Positions 20,706-31,157 of a stretch of DNA of 64,000 nucleotides are shown here, piece by piece. The position numbers were made by a program, and so were the translations under genes. The DNA is from an uncultured SAR86 cluster bacterium (GTDB lineage: Bacteria > Pseudomonadota > Gammaproteobacteria > Magnimaribacterales > TMED112). How positions within the stretch are numbered: position 1 is the stretch's first letter; each line of letters begins with the position of its first letter. The notes beneath the pieces were generated by a model. That model had not been told where the DNA came from. It saw nothing but the letters and a program-made list of their open reading frames with translations, and ran no database searches. The stretch covers positions 248,765 through 312,764 of the forward strand of contig CACATF010000001.1 of NCBI GenBank assembly GCA_902535365.1, in the 5' to 3' direction.

Positions 20706-22005
20706 CAATACATTACAAGACTTACTAGATAAAAGCTTCACAGAGTTTAATCTAGTGCAAGGATCACTTATCAAAGCCAATGTTGTTGAAGTTGGAAAAA
20801 AATGGGTAACCTTAGATATTGGATTTAAATCAGATGGACTTGTCTCAATCGAAGAGTTTCAAGACCATGCCAATAAAGTAATTGTTACCGTAGGGGATGA
20901 AGTCGAAGTAATCCTTGACGCACTTGATGATGGTTTTGGTGAAATTAGACTTTCTAGAGAAAAAGCAAGAAAACAAGAAACTTGGGACAGTCTTGAATCC
21001 GCTCACAGTGATGGCACTTACGTTGAAGGCAAAGTAGTCAATAAGGTTAAAGGTGGCTTCACAGTATTTATTGATGTTGTGAAAGCATTTCTACCCGGCT
21101 CGCTAATTGATCCTAAGGGCGGCAAAGATTATCCAGACCTTACTGGTGAAACACTTGAATTCAAAGTGATGAAATTCGATAAGAAGAGATCAAACATTGT
21201 CCTTTCAAGAAAAGCAGTGCTTCAGGAGCAAAACTCTGAAGAACGCGAAAGATTGATGGGCATTATTAAAGAAGGTGAAAAGATCGAAGGTACAATCAAA
21301 AACCTAACAGACTATGGGGCATTTGTTGATCTTGGTGGTCTTGATGGGCTCCTTCACATTACTGATCTTTCTTGGAAGCGAGTAATGCATCCAAAAGAAG
21401 TTCTTAATGTCGGCGATAAAATGGATTTCATGGTTCTATCCTTCGATGCTGAAAAAATGAGAGTATCACTGGGCTTAAAACAATTGTCTGAAGATCCATG
21501 GAAAGATATCGAAAGCAAATACCACGTTGGTCAGGTCGTCAACGGTGAAGTAGCCTTAACTACAGATTATGGTTGTTTCGTAAAACTTGATGATGATATT
21601 GAAGGTTTGGTCCACATTACAGATTTAGACTGGAAAAATAAAAACATTAACCCTGCGTCTATTCTGGAAAAGGGTGACAAAATTGATGTCAAAATCATGG
21701 AAATAGATCTTGAAGAAAGAAAAGTTTCCTTAAGTAAAAAACATACAACTGAAAATCCATGGAAAGAGTTCGAAGATAAGCATAACAATGGCGATATCCT
21801 CGAAGGCTTGAAAATCAAATCAGTTACAGATTTTGGTGTATTCGTTGAGTTAGATGGCGGTATTGACGGTCTTATCCATCATTCAGAAATCGATGTTGGC
21901 ACACAGACCATTCAAGATATGTATCAAGTTGGCGAAGAAGTTACTGTATCAATAAGTGGGATGGATTCCGAAAGAGAAAGGATTTCATTGTCACTTGTCT
22001 CCTAG
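20692..22005 (+). CDS. rpsA: 30S ribosomal protein S1 (five S1 domains)
   Basis: KNLTDYGAFVDLGGLDGLLHITDLSW and related repeats; cmk-rpsA synteny; 437 aa. Confidence 0.95.
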   Translation: MKNTDNTLQDLLDKSFTEFNLVQGSLIKANVVEVGKKWVTLDIGFKSDGLVSIEEFQDHANKVIVTVGDEVEVILDALDDGFGEIRLSREKARKQETWDSLESAHSDGTYVEGKVVNKVKGGFTVFIDVVKAFLPGSLIDPKGGKDYPDLTGETLEFKVMKFDKKRSNIVLSRKAVLQEQNSEERERLMGIIKEGEKIEGTIKNLTDYGAFVDLGGLDGLLHITDLSWKRVMHPKEVLNVGDKMDFMVLSFDAEKMRVSLGLKQLSEDPWKDIESKYHVGQVVNGEVALTTDYGCFVKLDDDIEGLVHITDLDWKNKNINPASILEKGDKIDVKIMEIDLEERKVSLSKKHTTENPWKEFEDKHNNGDILEGLKIKSVTDFGVFVELDGGIDGLIHHSEIDVGTQTIQDMYQVGEEVTVSISGMDSERERISLSLVS

Positions 22006-22038
22006 TAAAAATAGACTGTTTTCACTACAATTTCTGAT

Positions 22039-22695
22039 ATGTCCACAAAAAAGCTAATAGTTGCTTTAGATTTCAGCAATTCTGAAGAAGTTTCTCAGAT
22101 TATCAATTTCTTGAATCCAGAAAAATGTATTCTAAAAGTTGGGTTACAGCTTTACTTAGCAGAAGGGAAAAGTATTCTTGATCTGCTCACAAACAAGGGG
22201 TTTGAAATTTTCTTGGATCTCAAGCTGCATGACATCCCAAACACAGTCAATAAAGCAGTTGAAGAGATTGCTCAATTTAATATTTTGATGACAACTATCC
22301 ACTTGCAAGGTGGTGCAGAAATGATTGAGGCAGCAAAATCAGCCGCAGGCAATACAAAAATCCTTGGTGTTAGTCTACTTACCAGTTTAGATGAAAATGA
22401 TACATCAGAACTTTATGGCAATTCCTTTGATGACCAATTTATGAAACTCATAACCCTAGCAAAATCATCAAGTGTTGATGGCATTGTTTGCAGCCCAAAA
22501 GAATTAATATCTCTTCATGATCTCAACAAAATAAAAGTAGTCCCTGGCATCAGAAATACTCAAACCAATGATGATCAAAAAAGAACCATGACATCTCAAG
22601 AAGCTTATGCTCAAGGTGCTGATTACATAGTGGTCGGCAGACCTATTACGCAAGCAAACAATATTGAAGCTGCAATAGAGGAGTATCTAGTATGA
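22039..22695 (+). CDS. pyrF: Orotidine 5'-phosphate decarboxylase
   Basis: LIVALD, FLDLKLHDIPNTV, VPGIR, DDQKR, VVGRPI. Confidence 0.97.
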   Translation: MSTKKLIVALDFSNSEEVSQIINFLNPEKCILKVGLQLYLAEGKSILDLLTNKGFEIFLDLKLHDIPNTVNKAVEEIAQFNILMTTIHLQGGAEMIEAAKSAAGNTKILGVSLLTSLDENDTSELYGNSFDDQFMKLITLAKSSSVDGIVCSPKELISLHDLNKIKVVPGIRNTQTNDDQKRTMTSQEAYAQGADYIVVGRPITQANNIEAAIEEYLV

Positions 22696-24023
22696 AATTT
22701 ACTGATCTAATAATGAAGGCGCAAAATATCTCGGCAAAGGGAAATAAAGATTTGCATATAAGTTGCAATAAATTATCTGCGGATCAGAGTGCGTTCAATT
22801 TTTCAGATCAGGCTATTAGTTTGTTTGAAACGTATATCGAGGAAAATAAGTTTATTAAAAAGTTTCAGAATATTCGCAATGGACAGCTATGCAACTTAAC
22901 AGAAAATAGATCAGCATCACATTTCCAATATCGAGATCGTAAATCTAACCTTTATCAAAAAAATATTGAGGTCCTTAGCAATATCGTTGAGCAAATAAAT
23001 AATAATTATGAGGAGGTAATCTTTTTTGGCATAGGAGGTTCATTTTTAGGTCCTATGCTGTTAAATGATGCCTTTAGTACCAATGGTAAAAAAGTTATTT
23101 TTGTTACAGGTAGCGACCCCAATGAATATATGGGATTAATGGATACTGATTTATCTAAAACCGCATTTGTGTTGGCCTCCAAGTCTTTTTCAACCATTGA
23201 AACACTTTCAAGCTATGAGCATATAACCTCTGGGCAGCATTTAGACAATACATTTGCAATAACTGCCTCAGCTACAAAGGCACAAGATTATGGCATCAAA
23301 GAAAACCATATACTTCCTTTGGATGTTAATACAGGTGGTCGTTTCTCTATCTGGAGCGCTATTAATTTAGCATTTTGCTTGTGTCATGGGCTTGATGCAT
23401 ATAAAGCTTTCCTTGAAGGCGGGGCTGCTGCAGACAAGAATGCTACAAACAAGCTCTCAGAAAACTTAGCGCTATCTTTGTCTATGCAAGACGTATATGC
23501 CAACAATGTTCTGGGTATGGAAACATCATTGCTACTAAATTACGATTGGAACTTAAGAAATTTTTATCAATATGCCCAGCAGCTTGATATGGAATCTTTA
23601 GGCAAATCAGTCAATCAACATGATGGAACTGCTTTGGATTATCAAACCGGCATGATCGTCTGGGGTGGATATGGGCCTAGATCTCAGCATTCATTTTATC
23701 AGCACGTCTTTCAGGGCACGAAAGATAGTAATTTATACTTAATTTCCACAAAAAATGACCATTTAAACTACAAGCAGTTTCTTGGGCAAACAAAATCTTT
23801 GCGGGATGGTAATGATTTTGAAAATGACACACACAAACAAGTTAATAAACGTAAATTTACTACTATTTTGCTTGATGATATCTCTCCTGAATCAATAGGT
23901 GAGCTAATCGCAGTTTGGGAGAATAAAACTATATTCAATAGTATGTTTTGGGATATTAATCCTTTTGACCAGTGGGGAGTTGAGCTCGGCAAGATAAATA
24001 CCAAAGCTGAACTTGAAAAATAA
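22692..24023 (+). CDS. pgi: Glucose-6-phosphate isomerase (short form)
   Basis: GIGGSFLGP, ASKSFSTIET, GGRFSIWSA, QQLDMESLGK, INPFDQWGVELGK. Confidence 0.93.
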   Translation: MKFTDLIMKAQNISAKGNKDLHISCNKLSADQSAFNFSDQAISLFETYIEENKFIKKFQNIRNGQLCNLTENRSASHFQYRDRKSNLYQKNIEVLSNIVEQINNNYEEVIFFGIGGSFLGPMLLNDAFSTNGKKVIFVTGSDPNEYMGLMDTDLSKTAFVLASKSFSTIETLSSYEHITSGQHLDNTFAITASATKAQDYGIKENHILPLDVNTGGRFSIWSAINLAFCLCHGLDAYKAFLEGGAAADKNATNKLSENLALSLSMQDVYANNVLGMETSLLLNYDWNLRNFYQYAQQLDMESLGKSVNQHDGTALDYQTGMIVWGGYGPRSQHSFYQHVFQGTKDSNLYLISTKNDHLNYKQFLGQTKSLRDGNDFENDTHKQVNKRKFTTILLDDISPESIGELIAVWENKTIFNSMFWDINPFDQWGVELGKINTKAELEK

Positions 24024-25758
24024 CTTAAAAGACCAAACCCTCCTTTTTCCTAACGACCCAGGAATTTATAAGTTCTTCAATGATGAAGAAATTCTATATA
24101 TTGGCAAAGCCAAAAATCTAAAAAAAAGAATTAATAGCTATTTTTCTGGCCAACAAACTTACAAGACCCAAAGACTCATTTCATTAGCTAATAAACTTGA
24201 ATATGTAACAACCAACAATGAAGTGGATGCATTGTTGCTTGAGCAGAATCTCATTAAATCTGAAAAACCAAGGTTTAATATCCTTTTGCGTGATGATAAA
24301 AGCTATCCTTTTATTCATTTAGACGAATCACATGCATATCCAAGAATAGCCTCAAAAAGAGTACTAAAAGGACATGATGGTTTGTATGGTCCCTATACCA
24401 GCGCCTACGCCACACGCATAGCAGTTAATCAAATTCAAAAAGTATTTCAACTTCGAACTTGTACAGACAGTTTCTTCAAAAATAGGTCAAGGCCTTGTAT
24501 GGAGCATCAAATTGGCCGGTGCACAGCTCCTTGCGTTGGTGCAATTTCTGAAAGTGATTACAAGAAGGATGTGGATAGTGCAAAATCCATACTCAAAGGC
24601 AATTTCAAGAAGCTAGAGCAAAAAATGCATAGTGAGATGTTGATTGCTTCTGATAAAGAAGAATATGAACAAGCTGGCAATATCAGAGATCGCTTACAGC
24701 AACTAGAAAAAATCAATCAAAAACAAATGGTCTTTTCCAAAGGCAGCAAAACTAGAGTTATAGCCATTGAGACCAATGAAAAAAATATTTCTGCTGCTGT
24801 TATACAAATTGAGTCCGACCGCTTTATAAATCTACAAAAATTTCTATTTAAAAATCATTTGCAAAAAGACAACTATGCTGCTTTTCTAGAATTCATTCCA
24901 AGTTTGATGCAAAAATATCCATCGGTGACGAAAATTGTTAGTGAATTTAATGTTGCAAGGAATGATATCTTTGGCAATGTTCAGTTTGAAAGGCCAAAAC
25001 GAGGTAAGAAATTAGATTGGGTAAAACTTGCTCAGAAAAATGCTTTAGAAGGCCTGCTTAAGCAAGAGCAAAAATATCAAAAATATGCTCAATCTCTAGA
25101 TTTCTTAAACCGAAATTTAGAAATAGACAAGGAACCCATCGTTGTTGGGTTTGATGTGAGTGGCGCAGCAGGTGATATTAAGACTGTATCCTGCGTTAGT
25201 TTCAATTCTGATGGTCCAGATAAGACCAAATATCGGTTTTTTAGAGTTCCTGTAGATGTTGCTAATTCAGATCTAGATTCGTTGGTCTTCGGTGTTAAGA
25301 AGTATCTAAAATCAATAGGTGATGTGGATTTGCTTTTGATTGATGGCGGTAAAACACATATGAATTATGTCAGAGAGCATTTGCATGAGGACATCGAGTG
25401 TATTGCTGTCTCAAAAGGAGCTAAGCGTAAGTATGGTCTTGAAACTTTGCATACAAAACATGGTTCTTATGATTTTAGAAACTCTGAAGATATTTCTAAG
25501 CTATTTCTTGATATCAGGGACGAAGCTCACCGCTTTGCATTAAAAAACTATAGAACTAAAAAAAGCAAAGACCTTAAACAGCACTTTTTGTTGGACCTAA
25601 AAGGGGTTGGGCCAAAGATAGTGCAGAAGATCTATAAGGAATTTAAATCGCTTAAGCCATTAGCAAATCTAGAAATTAAAGAGATCTCAAAAACCATTTC
25701 AATCAATGAAGATTTGGCAAAAAAAATACAAAAAGCCATCAAAGGTATTTATAATTGA
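24013..25758 (+). CDS. uvrC: Excinuclease ABC subunit C
   Basis: GIY-YIG (PGIY...YIGKAKNLKKR), LRDDKSYP, LIDGG, RDEAHRFA, HhH GVGPK. Confidence 0.96.
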   Translation: MKNNLKDQTLLFPNDPGIYKFFNDEEILYIGKAKNLKKRINSYFSGQQTYKTQRLISLANKLEYVTTNNEVDALLLEQNLIKSEKPRFNILLRDDKSYPFIHLDESHAYPRIASKRVLKGHDGLYGPYTSAYATRIAVNQIQKVFQLRTCTDSFFKNRSRPCMEHQIGRCTAPCVGAISESDYKKDVDSAKSILKGNFKKLEQKMHSEMLIASDKEEYEQAGNIRDRLQQLEKINQKQMVFSKGSKTRVIAIETNEKNISAAVIQIESDRFINLQKFLFKNHLQKDNYAAFLEFIPSLMQKYPSVTKIVSEFNVARNDIFGNVQFERPKRGKKLDWVKLAQKNALEGLLKQEQKYQKYAQSLDFLNRNLEIDKEPIVVGFDVSGAAGDIKTVSCVSFNSDGPDKTKYRFFRVPVDVANSDLDSLVFGVKKYLKSIGDVDLLLIDGGKTHMNYVREHLHEDIECIAVSKGAKRKYGLETLHTKHGSYDFRNSEDISKLFLDIRDEAHRFALKNYRTKKSKDLKQHFLLDLKGVGPKIVQKIYKEFKSLKPLANLEIKEISKTISINEDLAKKIQKAIKGIYN

Positions 25759-25761
25759 TCA

Positions 25762-26187
25762 ATGAGTTCAACATTTCATCTTGCAATTCCAGTCACAAGT
25801 ATTGAAGAAGCCGAGAAGTTTTATTGTGATCTACTGGGGTGCAAAAAAGGTAATTACGAAGAAGGCAAATGGCAGGACATCAACTTCTGGGGCAACGAAC
25901 TAACTCTTCATGAAGCAGATCATGCTCTACCGAATGAAAGACATCACGTCGATATGGGGCAAGTTTGTGTTCCACATTTCGGCATTCACCTTACCAGAGA
26001 TGTTTTTGACTCCATCAAAGAAAAAATTGAAACCCATGACGAGTTCAAATACCTAGATGAGCCTTACTTGCGTTTCAAAGATGATGAGCAAGAACAAGAG
26101 ACATTCTTCATCAAAGATCCTTCCGGCAATGTCATTGAAATTAAAACAATGCGGACACCGGAACTTCTTTGGGCAGATAACTCTTGA
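25762..26187 (+). CDS. VOC/glyoxalase family protein
   Basis: FHLAIPV..., FYCDLLGC, VPHFG, TFFIKDPSGNVIEIK. Confidence 0.88.
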   Translation: MSSTFHLAIPVTSIEEAEKFYCDLLGCKKGNYEEGKWQDINFWGNELTLHEADHALPNERHHVDMGQVCVPHFGIHLTRDVFDSIKEKIETHDEFKYLDEPYLRFKDDEQEQETFFIKDPSGNVIEIKTMRTPELLWADNS

Positions 26188-26288
26188 TAATCGCGCTTAA
26201 TGGTATATTATTTGTGTTCTATGACTTTCAATAAAGATTTTTCACAGTGCTAATTCTATGCACCTAATATCTATTACCCAATTTTAAT

Positions 26289-26825
26289 TTGAGACCACAA
26301 AGAAGAAGAAGACCACCTCAAGCGCCTGTTAATAAATGGGTTAAAGCTGCAAGATTAACTGTAATCTCTGAGACAGGGGAGAAGCTTGGCGAGTTTTCAA
26401 AAGAAGAAGCTCTTAATTTAGCAGGTGAAAAAGGTCTTGATCTATTGCAAATAACTTTTGATAAAGAACCATGCGTAGCCAAGATTCTTGATTATGGCAA
26501 ACATAAATTTGATATGAAGAAAAAACAATCTGCTGCAAAAAAGAAACAGCAGAAGATTGAGCAAAAAGAGATCAAAATGCGCCCAAATATCGATATTGGC
26601 GACATCAACACAAAATTAAAGAAAATAGCTAAATTTATTGAAAAGAGAGCAAACGTCAAAGTTTCTGTTACTTTCAGAGGAAGAGAGCTTGGAAACACTA
26701 GTTTTGGTAAAACTTTACTTGACAGAATCATCAAAGAAACGGAAGATATTGCATCTGTGTTAGTGGAGCCAAAGTTCGAAAATAGAACATATAGCGCTCT
26801 GTTAACACCAAAGAAAATAAAATGA
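26289..26825 (+). CDS. infC: Translation initiation factor IF-3 (TTG start)
   Basis: AKILDYGK.KF, KEIKMRPNID..D, VTFRGRE; upstream of rpmI-rplT. Confidence 0.95.
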   Translation: MRPQRRRRPPQAPVNKWVKAARLTVISETGEKLGEFSKEEALNLAGEKGLDLLQITFDKEPCVAKILDYGKHKFDMKKKQSAAKKKQQKIEQKEIKMRPNIDIGDINTKLKKIAKFIEKRANVKVSVTFRGRELGNTSFGKTLLDRIIKETEDIASVLVEPKFENRTYSALLTPKKIK

Positions 26826-27013
26826 GCAAATTAAAAAATCACTCTGGTGCAAAAAAGAGATTTAAAGCTACTGGTTCTGGTCTTAAAATGAGATCAGCAA
26901 ACAGAAGTCATATATTGTCTAAACATACGACAAAGAAGAAAAGGCAAGCCAGAGGTACAAGCAACTTGGAAGGTGCAAACCTAAAAGTTGTTAATAAATT
27001 ATTGGAGGCATAA
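26822..27013 (+). CDS. rpmI: 50S ribosomal protein L35
   Basis: [20 protein letters not shown]. Confidence 0.96.
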   Translation: MSKLKNHSGAKKRFKATGSGLKMRSANRSHILSKHTTKKKRQARGTSNLEGANLKVVNKLLEA

Positions 27014-27360
27014 TGCCAAGAACAACAAAGGGTAACTTAGCTGCAAAAAAACATAAAGCTGTCTTAGCTAGAACAAAGGGCCATTATGGTGCTCGCTCTA
27101 GATTATTTAAAACAGCTAAGCAATCTCTGATTAAATCTTTGCAGTACGCTTACAGGGACAGAAAAAATAGAAAAAGAGACTTCAGAAGACTTTGGATCAC
27201 CAGAATTAATGCTGAAGTTAGAAACCTTGGATATACCTATTCTAAGTTCATAGCTGGGTTACATAAAAACAGCATAGAACTTGACAGAAAGATGTTGTCA
27301 GAGTTAGCTATACAGGATAAAGCAGCTTTTGAAAAAGTTGTAAAAACTGCTATAGATTAA
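27013..27360 (+). CDS. rplT: 50S ribosomal protein L20
   Basis: [34 protein letters not shown]. Confidence 0.97.
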   Translation: MPRTTKGNLAAKKHKAVLARTKGHYGARSRLFKTAKQSLIKSLQYAYRDRKNRKRDFRRLWITRINAEVRNLGYTYSKFIAGLHKNSIELDRKMLSELAIQDKAAFEKVVKTAID

Positions 27361-28082
27361 TGACGGCACCGAAAGATATTTTTTTACCACCACTGAACCG
27401 TGAAATTGGTTCAAGTCACCCTATCAATCAAGTTAAAGCAGAACTAACAGAACTTTTAACTTCGTTTGGCTTTTCTGTAGCTGAAGGCCCAGAAGTTGAG
27501 ACCGAAGAGTACAATTTTGATAAGCTCAATATCCCAGCAACGCACCCAGCGCGTGAAATGCATGACACATTCTATGTTAACAATAAGTCTCAAGTACTTC
27601 GGACACATACCTCACCAGTCCAGGTCAGAACTATGTTGGGATCTAAACCACCTATAGCTGTAGTTTCACCTGGTAAGGTATACCGCAAAGACGATGATGC
27701 TACGCACTTACCAATGTTTCATCAAATTGAAGGCTTATACGTCGATGAAGATGTAAATTTTGCGCATTTGAAAGACTTAATTTATAAAATTTGTCACTCA
27801 TTGTTTGGTGAAGAGGCTCAACTGCGTTTTCGACCATCATATTTTCCATTTACTGAACCTTCAGCAGAAGTTGATGTCTTGTTTGGTGATAAATGGTTAG
27901 AGATACTGGGGTGTGGAGTGGTCAATCCAAAAGTTTTAGATAATTGTGGCATCGACCCAAAGCAATACTCAGGTTTGGCTTTTGGTTTAGGGATTGAAAG
28001 GATTGCTATGCTCAAATACAAAGTCAATGACATTAGAGATTTCTACAAATCTAACCTGGATTTCTTGAGGCAATTCAAATGA
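27360..28082 (+). CDS. pheS: Phenylalanine-tRNA ligase alpha subunit (N-terminally reduced)
   Basis: HPAREMHDTFY, LRTHTSPVQVR, FRPSYFPFTEPS, AFGLGIERIAML. Confidence 0.96.
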   Translation: MTAPKDIFLPPLNREIGSSHPINQVKAELTELLTSFGFSVAEGPEVETEEYNFDKLNIPATHPAREMHDTFYVNNKSQVLRTHTSPVQVRTMLGSKPPIAVVSPGKVYRKDDDATHLPMFHQIEGLYVDEDVNFAHLKDLIYKICHSLFGEEAQLRFRPSYFPFTEPSAEVDVLFGDKWLEILGCGVVNPKVLDNCGIDPKQYSGLAFGLGIERIAMLKYKVNDIRDFYKSNLDFLRQFK

Positions 28083-30013
28083 AGATTGTTTACTCACATT
28101 TACTCAACCTCCTAGAGCAACAACCGAAGCTTGAAGAGCTATCAGAGTTATTGTTTCAATTAGGTCATGAGCATGAAATAGATGGCGAAGTGCTGAATAT
28201 GGAAATCACTCCTAATCGCGGCGATTGTTTATCGCTCAAAGGCCTAGCTCGAGATCTTAATTATTTCTATCAGGCTAAAGAGTTGCCAAAAAGTGATATG
28301 GAAATGCCAGCATTGGATCTGCAGTTTGACAATAAAGCTCAAGAACTATGTCCTAACATCTCTTTCATGGAGATTGAAATTGAAAAAGTGCCAACCAAAT
28401 ACAAACCATACTTGGAGTCATATTTTGCGGACTTAGGTATCAACAAAAATAATTTTTTCACTGACATTTCTAATTACTTAGCTTACGAATCAGGCCAACC
28501 CACGCACTGCTTTGATCAGAGCACTATGCAAGGTCATTTTACTTTGGCTAAGAAAGAGCTTAAAACAAAGTTCAAAACCTTGTTAGATACTGAAATTGAA
28601 TTAACCGATGAAAATTTGGTTTTCTCATTAGATGATGAAGTTATCAGTCTAGCAGGCACTATGGGTGGGGCCAGCACTGCTTGTTCAGCGAACACAACTA
28701 AGGTGCTGGTTGAGTGTGCTTACTTCCAGCCAGAAGAAATTTTAGGTAAAGCTAGAAAATATAACTTAAGCTCAGAGGCAGCTTATAAGTTTGAGCGTGG
28801 CGCAGATTATCTCTGCCAAGAAGATGTCTTACGCAGATTTTTACACATTGTTTCTGAGCATACTGAAATTAAGACGGTTGCTTTTTATAGCGAACAAAAT
28901 AAAACAACATTAGCAGAAGTGCCTTTTGATCCTAACAGACTTAATGCAGTGGTTGGGATCAACATTACTGAAAAAGAACAATTGGGCTACTTAAGTGCCT
29001 TAGGCTTTGTAGCTGGCAAAAACATGACTGTACCAGCCCATAGATCAGATGTAGATCAGCTCAATGATCTGGCCGAGGAAGTTACCAGAATGATTGGCTA
29101 TAATAATATTCCATCGCAAGTTCTGGCACTGCCTGTCATGGCCAAACAAAACAAACGCTCTATTGAAGATCAAGTTGGGCGTTACTTAATTAATCAAGGC
29201 TGCTTCGAAGTTATCAACAACCCCTTCACTGATTTTGAAGGTAAGGATGCCATTGCTGTTGATAATCCCTTGGACAAACAACGTGCCATGTTACGTACCT
29301 GCTTGATGAATTCAATTAGAACTAATATTGCCTACAACCAAAATAGGCAAAAAGACTCTATCAAGTTTTTTGAGTTTTCTGATATTTATAAAACTTCTGG
29401 CACCGAACGACGCTTTGCTTTGGCCGTTTCAGGTCGCGTTAATAAAAATGCCAAAGAGTTCAATGCTCAGCTTGATTATGGTTACCTTAAAGGCTTGGTC
29501 AATAGTATTTGCACTGACATCATAAAAATACAGCCAACTTACGAGTTAGCTGACAAGCGCGGTTACGATTTTTACGAGGCCTTAAAATTAAATGGTAGCA
29601 AAATTGGCGGTCTGGGTAAGATTAGTAAAGAGACCATTGATTCCAAGATAAAAACACCAGTTTTTGCGTGTGAATTGACTATTGGTGATCTTGAAGTACC
29701 TGACAATAGCTTTATTCCAATATCAGATTTTCCTGCCTCATATCGTGATTTGTCTTTTAGTTTAAGCAATCTAGATAAAGTTGGGATTTTGACAGAACTA
29801 GTAAATACGACCACAGAGAACCATGACCTCTTAACAGAAAGTTTTATTTTTGATTTTTTTCAAAACAAAAAATTAAACCTCTTAAAACTTGGTTTCAGGT
29901 TTAAGTTCCAAGCTGCAGATAAAAGCTTAACTGATGAAGAGATTGATCAAATTATGGACAAGCTTATCAGTGATTCTATGGCATTGGATGGCATTTCCAT
30001 TGAGGGTTTGTAA
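28079..30013 (+). CDS. pheT: Phenylalanine-tRNA ligase beta subunit (lacks B2 domain)
   Basis: [34 protein letters not shown]-terminal FP...RDLS anticodon-binding domain. Confidence 0.93.
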   Translation: MKIVYSHLLNLLEQQPKLEELSELLFQLGHEHEIDGEVLNMEITPNRGDCLSLKGLARDLNYFYQAKELPKSDMEMPALDLQFDNKAQELCPNISFMEIEIEKVPTKYKPYLESYFADLGINKNNFFTDISNYLAYESGQPTHCFDQSTMQGHFTLAKKELKTKFKTLLDTEIELTDENLVFSLDDEVISLAGTMGGASTACSANTTKVLVECAYFQPEEILGKARKYNLSSEAAYKFERGADYLCQEDVLRRFLHIVSEHTEIKTVAFYSEQNKTTLAEVPFDPNRLNAVVGINITEKEQLGYLSALGFVAGKNMTVPAHRSDVDQLNDLAEEVTRMIGYNNIPSQVLALPVMAKQNKRSIEDQVGRYLINQGCFEVINNPFTDFEGKDAIAVDNPLDKQRAMLRTCLMNSIRTNIAYNQNRQKDSIKFFEFSDIYKTSGTERRFALAVSGRVNKNAKEFNAQLDYGYLKGLVNSICTDIIKIQPTYELADKRGYDFYEALKLNGSKIGGLGKISKETIDSKIKTPVFACELTIGDLEVPDNSFIPISDFPASYRDLSFSLSNLDKVGILTELVNTTTENHDLLTESFIFDFFQNKKLNLLKLGFRFKFQAADKSLTDEEIDQIMDKLISDSMALDGISIEGL

Positions 30014-31134
30014 TGTCTTATATTTTTACATCTGAATCAGTATCAGCTGGCCATCCTGATAAAATCTGTGATCAGATTTCCGACGCAATCCTTGATGCTT
30101 GTCTTGGCCAAGATAAAAACTCACGAGTGGCCTGTGAAACCATGGTTAAAAACAATAATGTTATCTTGGGAGGCGAAATTACCACTACTGCTAAAATTAA
30201 TTATGAACAGATTGCCCGCAGTGTGGTGAAAGACATTGGCTACGATCATGAGGCACTCGGTTTCAGTTACGATTCGTTTAATTTTACTAACTATATTTCA
30301 GAACAAAGCCAAGATATTAGGGAAGGGATTACTCAAGGGAACCAGTTGGGATCAGGTGACCAAGGTATTATGTTTGGCTATGCCTGTCGGGAAACTCCAG
30401 AGTTGATGCCATTACCCATTGCTTTAGCTCATAAGCTGACACTCAAACATGAAGATCTGCGACAAGATAGAAGTCTCATGCTTAGACCAGATGCTAAATC
30501 TCAAGTGGCTGTTGAATACAATGATAACTACCAACCACAACGTATTGATTCTATTGTTTTTTCTAGCCAGCACGATCCAGATTTATCCCTAAAACAATTG
30601 CGTGAATTTATACGAGAAGAAATTATTAATAAAACGCTTCCGGAAGATCTTATTGATAACAAAACAAAATTTTTTATAAACCCAGCTGGACGTTTTGAAA
30701 TAGGTGGCCCGGTTGGTGACTGTGGTTTGACTGGTCGCAAAATTATAGTTGATACTTATGGTGGGATGGCGCGCCATGGTGGTGGAGCTTTTTCTGGTAA
30801 AGATCCAACCAAAGTTGATCGATCCGCAGCATATGCCTTAAGGCATGTAGCTAAATCTTTAGTAGCTGCAGATCTTTGTGATTACTGTGAGATTCAAGCA
30901 TCCTATGCTATTGGTATTGCTAAGCCAACTTCAATTTTCATTAATAATTTTGAATCAGAAAAGAAATCAATAACAGAAATTGAGCAAACTGTAATAGAAA
31001 ATTTTGATTTGACACCCTATGGAATTATTCAATCTCTAGCATTATTAACTCCTAATTATAGAAAAACTTCATCATACGGTCATTTTGGCAGGGAAGATCA
31101 GGGGTTTACTTGGGAAAAATCAAAAAAACTTTAA
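30013..31134 (+). CDS. metK: S-adenosylmethionine synthetase
   Basis: [49 protein letters not shown]. Confidence 0.98.
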   Translation: MSYIFTSESVSAGHPDKICDQISDAILDACLGQDKNSRVACETMVKNNNVILGGEITTTAKINYEQIARSVVKDIGYDHEALGFSYDSFNFTNYISEQSQDIREGITQGNQLGSGDQGIMFGYACRETPELMPLPIALAHKLTLKHEDLRQDRSLMLRPDAKSQVAVEYNDNYQPQRIDSIVFSSQHDPDLSLKQLREFIREEIINKTLPEDLIDNKTKFFINPAGRFEIGGPVGDCGLTGRKIIVDTYGGMARHGGGAFSGKDPTKVDRSAAYALRHVAKSLVAADLCDYCEIQASYAIGIAKPTSIFINNFESEKKSITEIEQTVIENFDLTPYGIIQSLALLTPNYRKTSSYGHFGREDQGFTWEKSKKL

Positions 31135-31157
31135 ACTATCCTGTTAAAATAAAACAC

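Noticed and set aside
27360-31134. Possible foreign origin of pheST-metK from slightly different codon appearance
   Set aside because: Impression only; gene order is canonical and it cannot be supported without computed codon or GC statistics.
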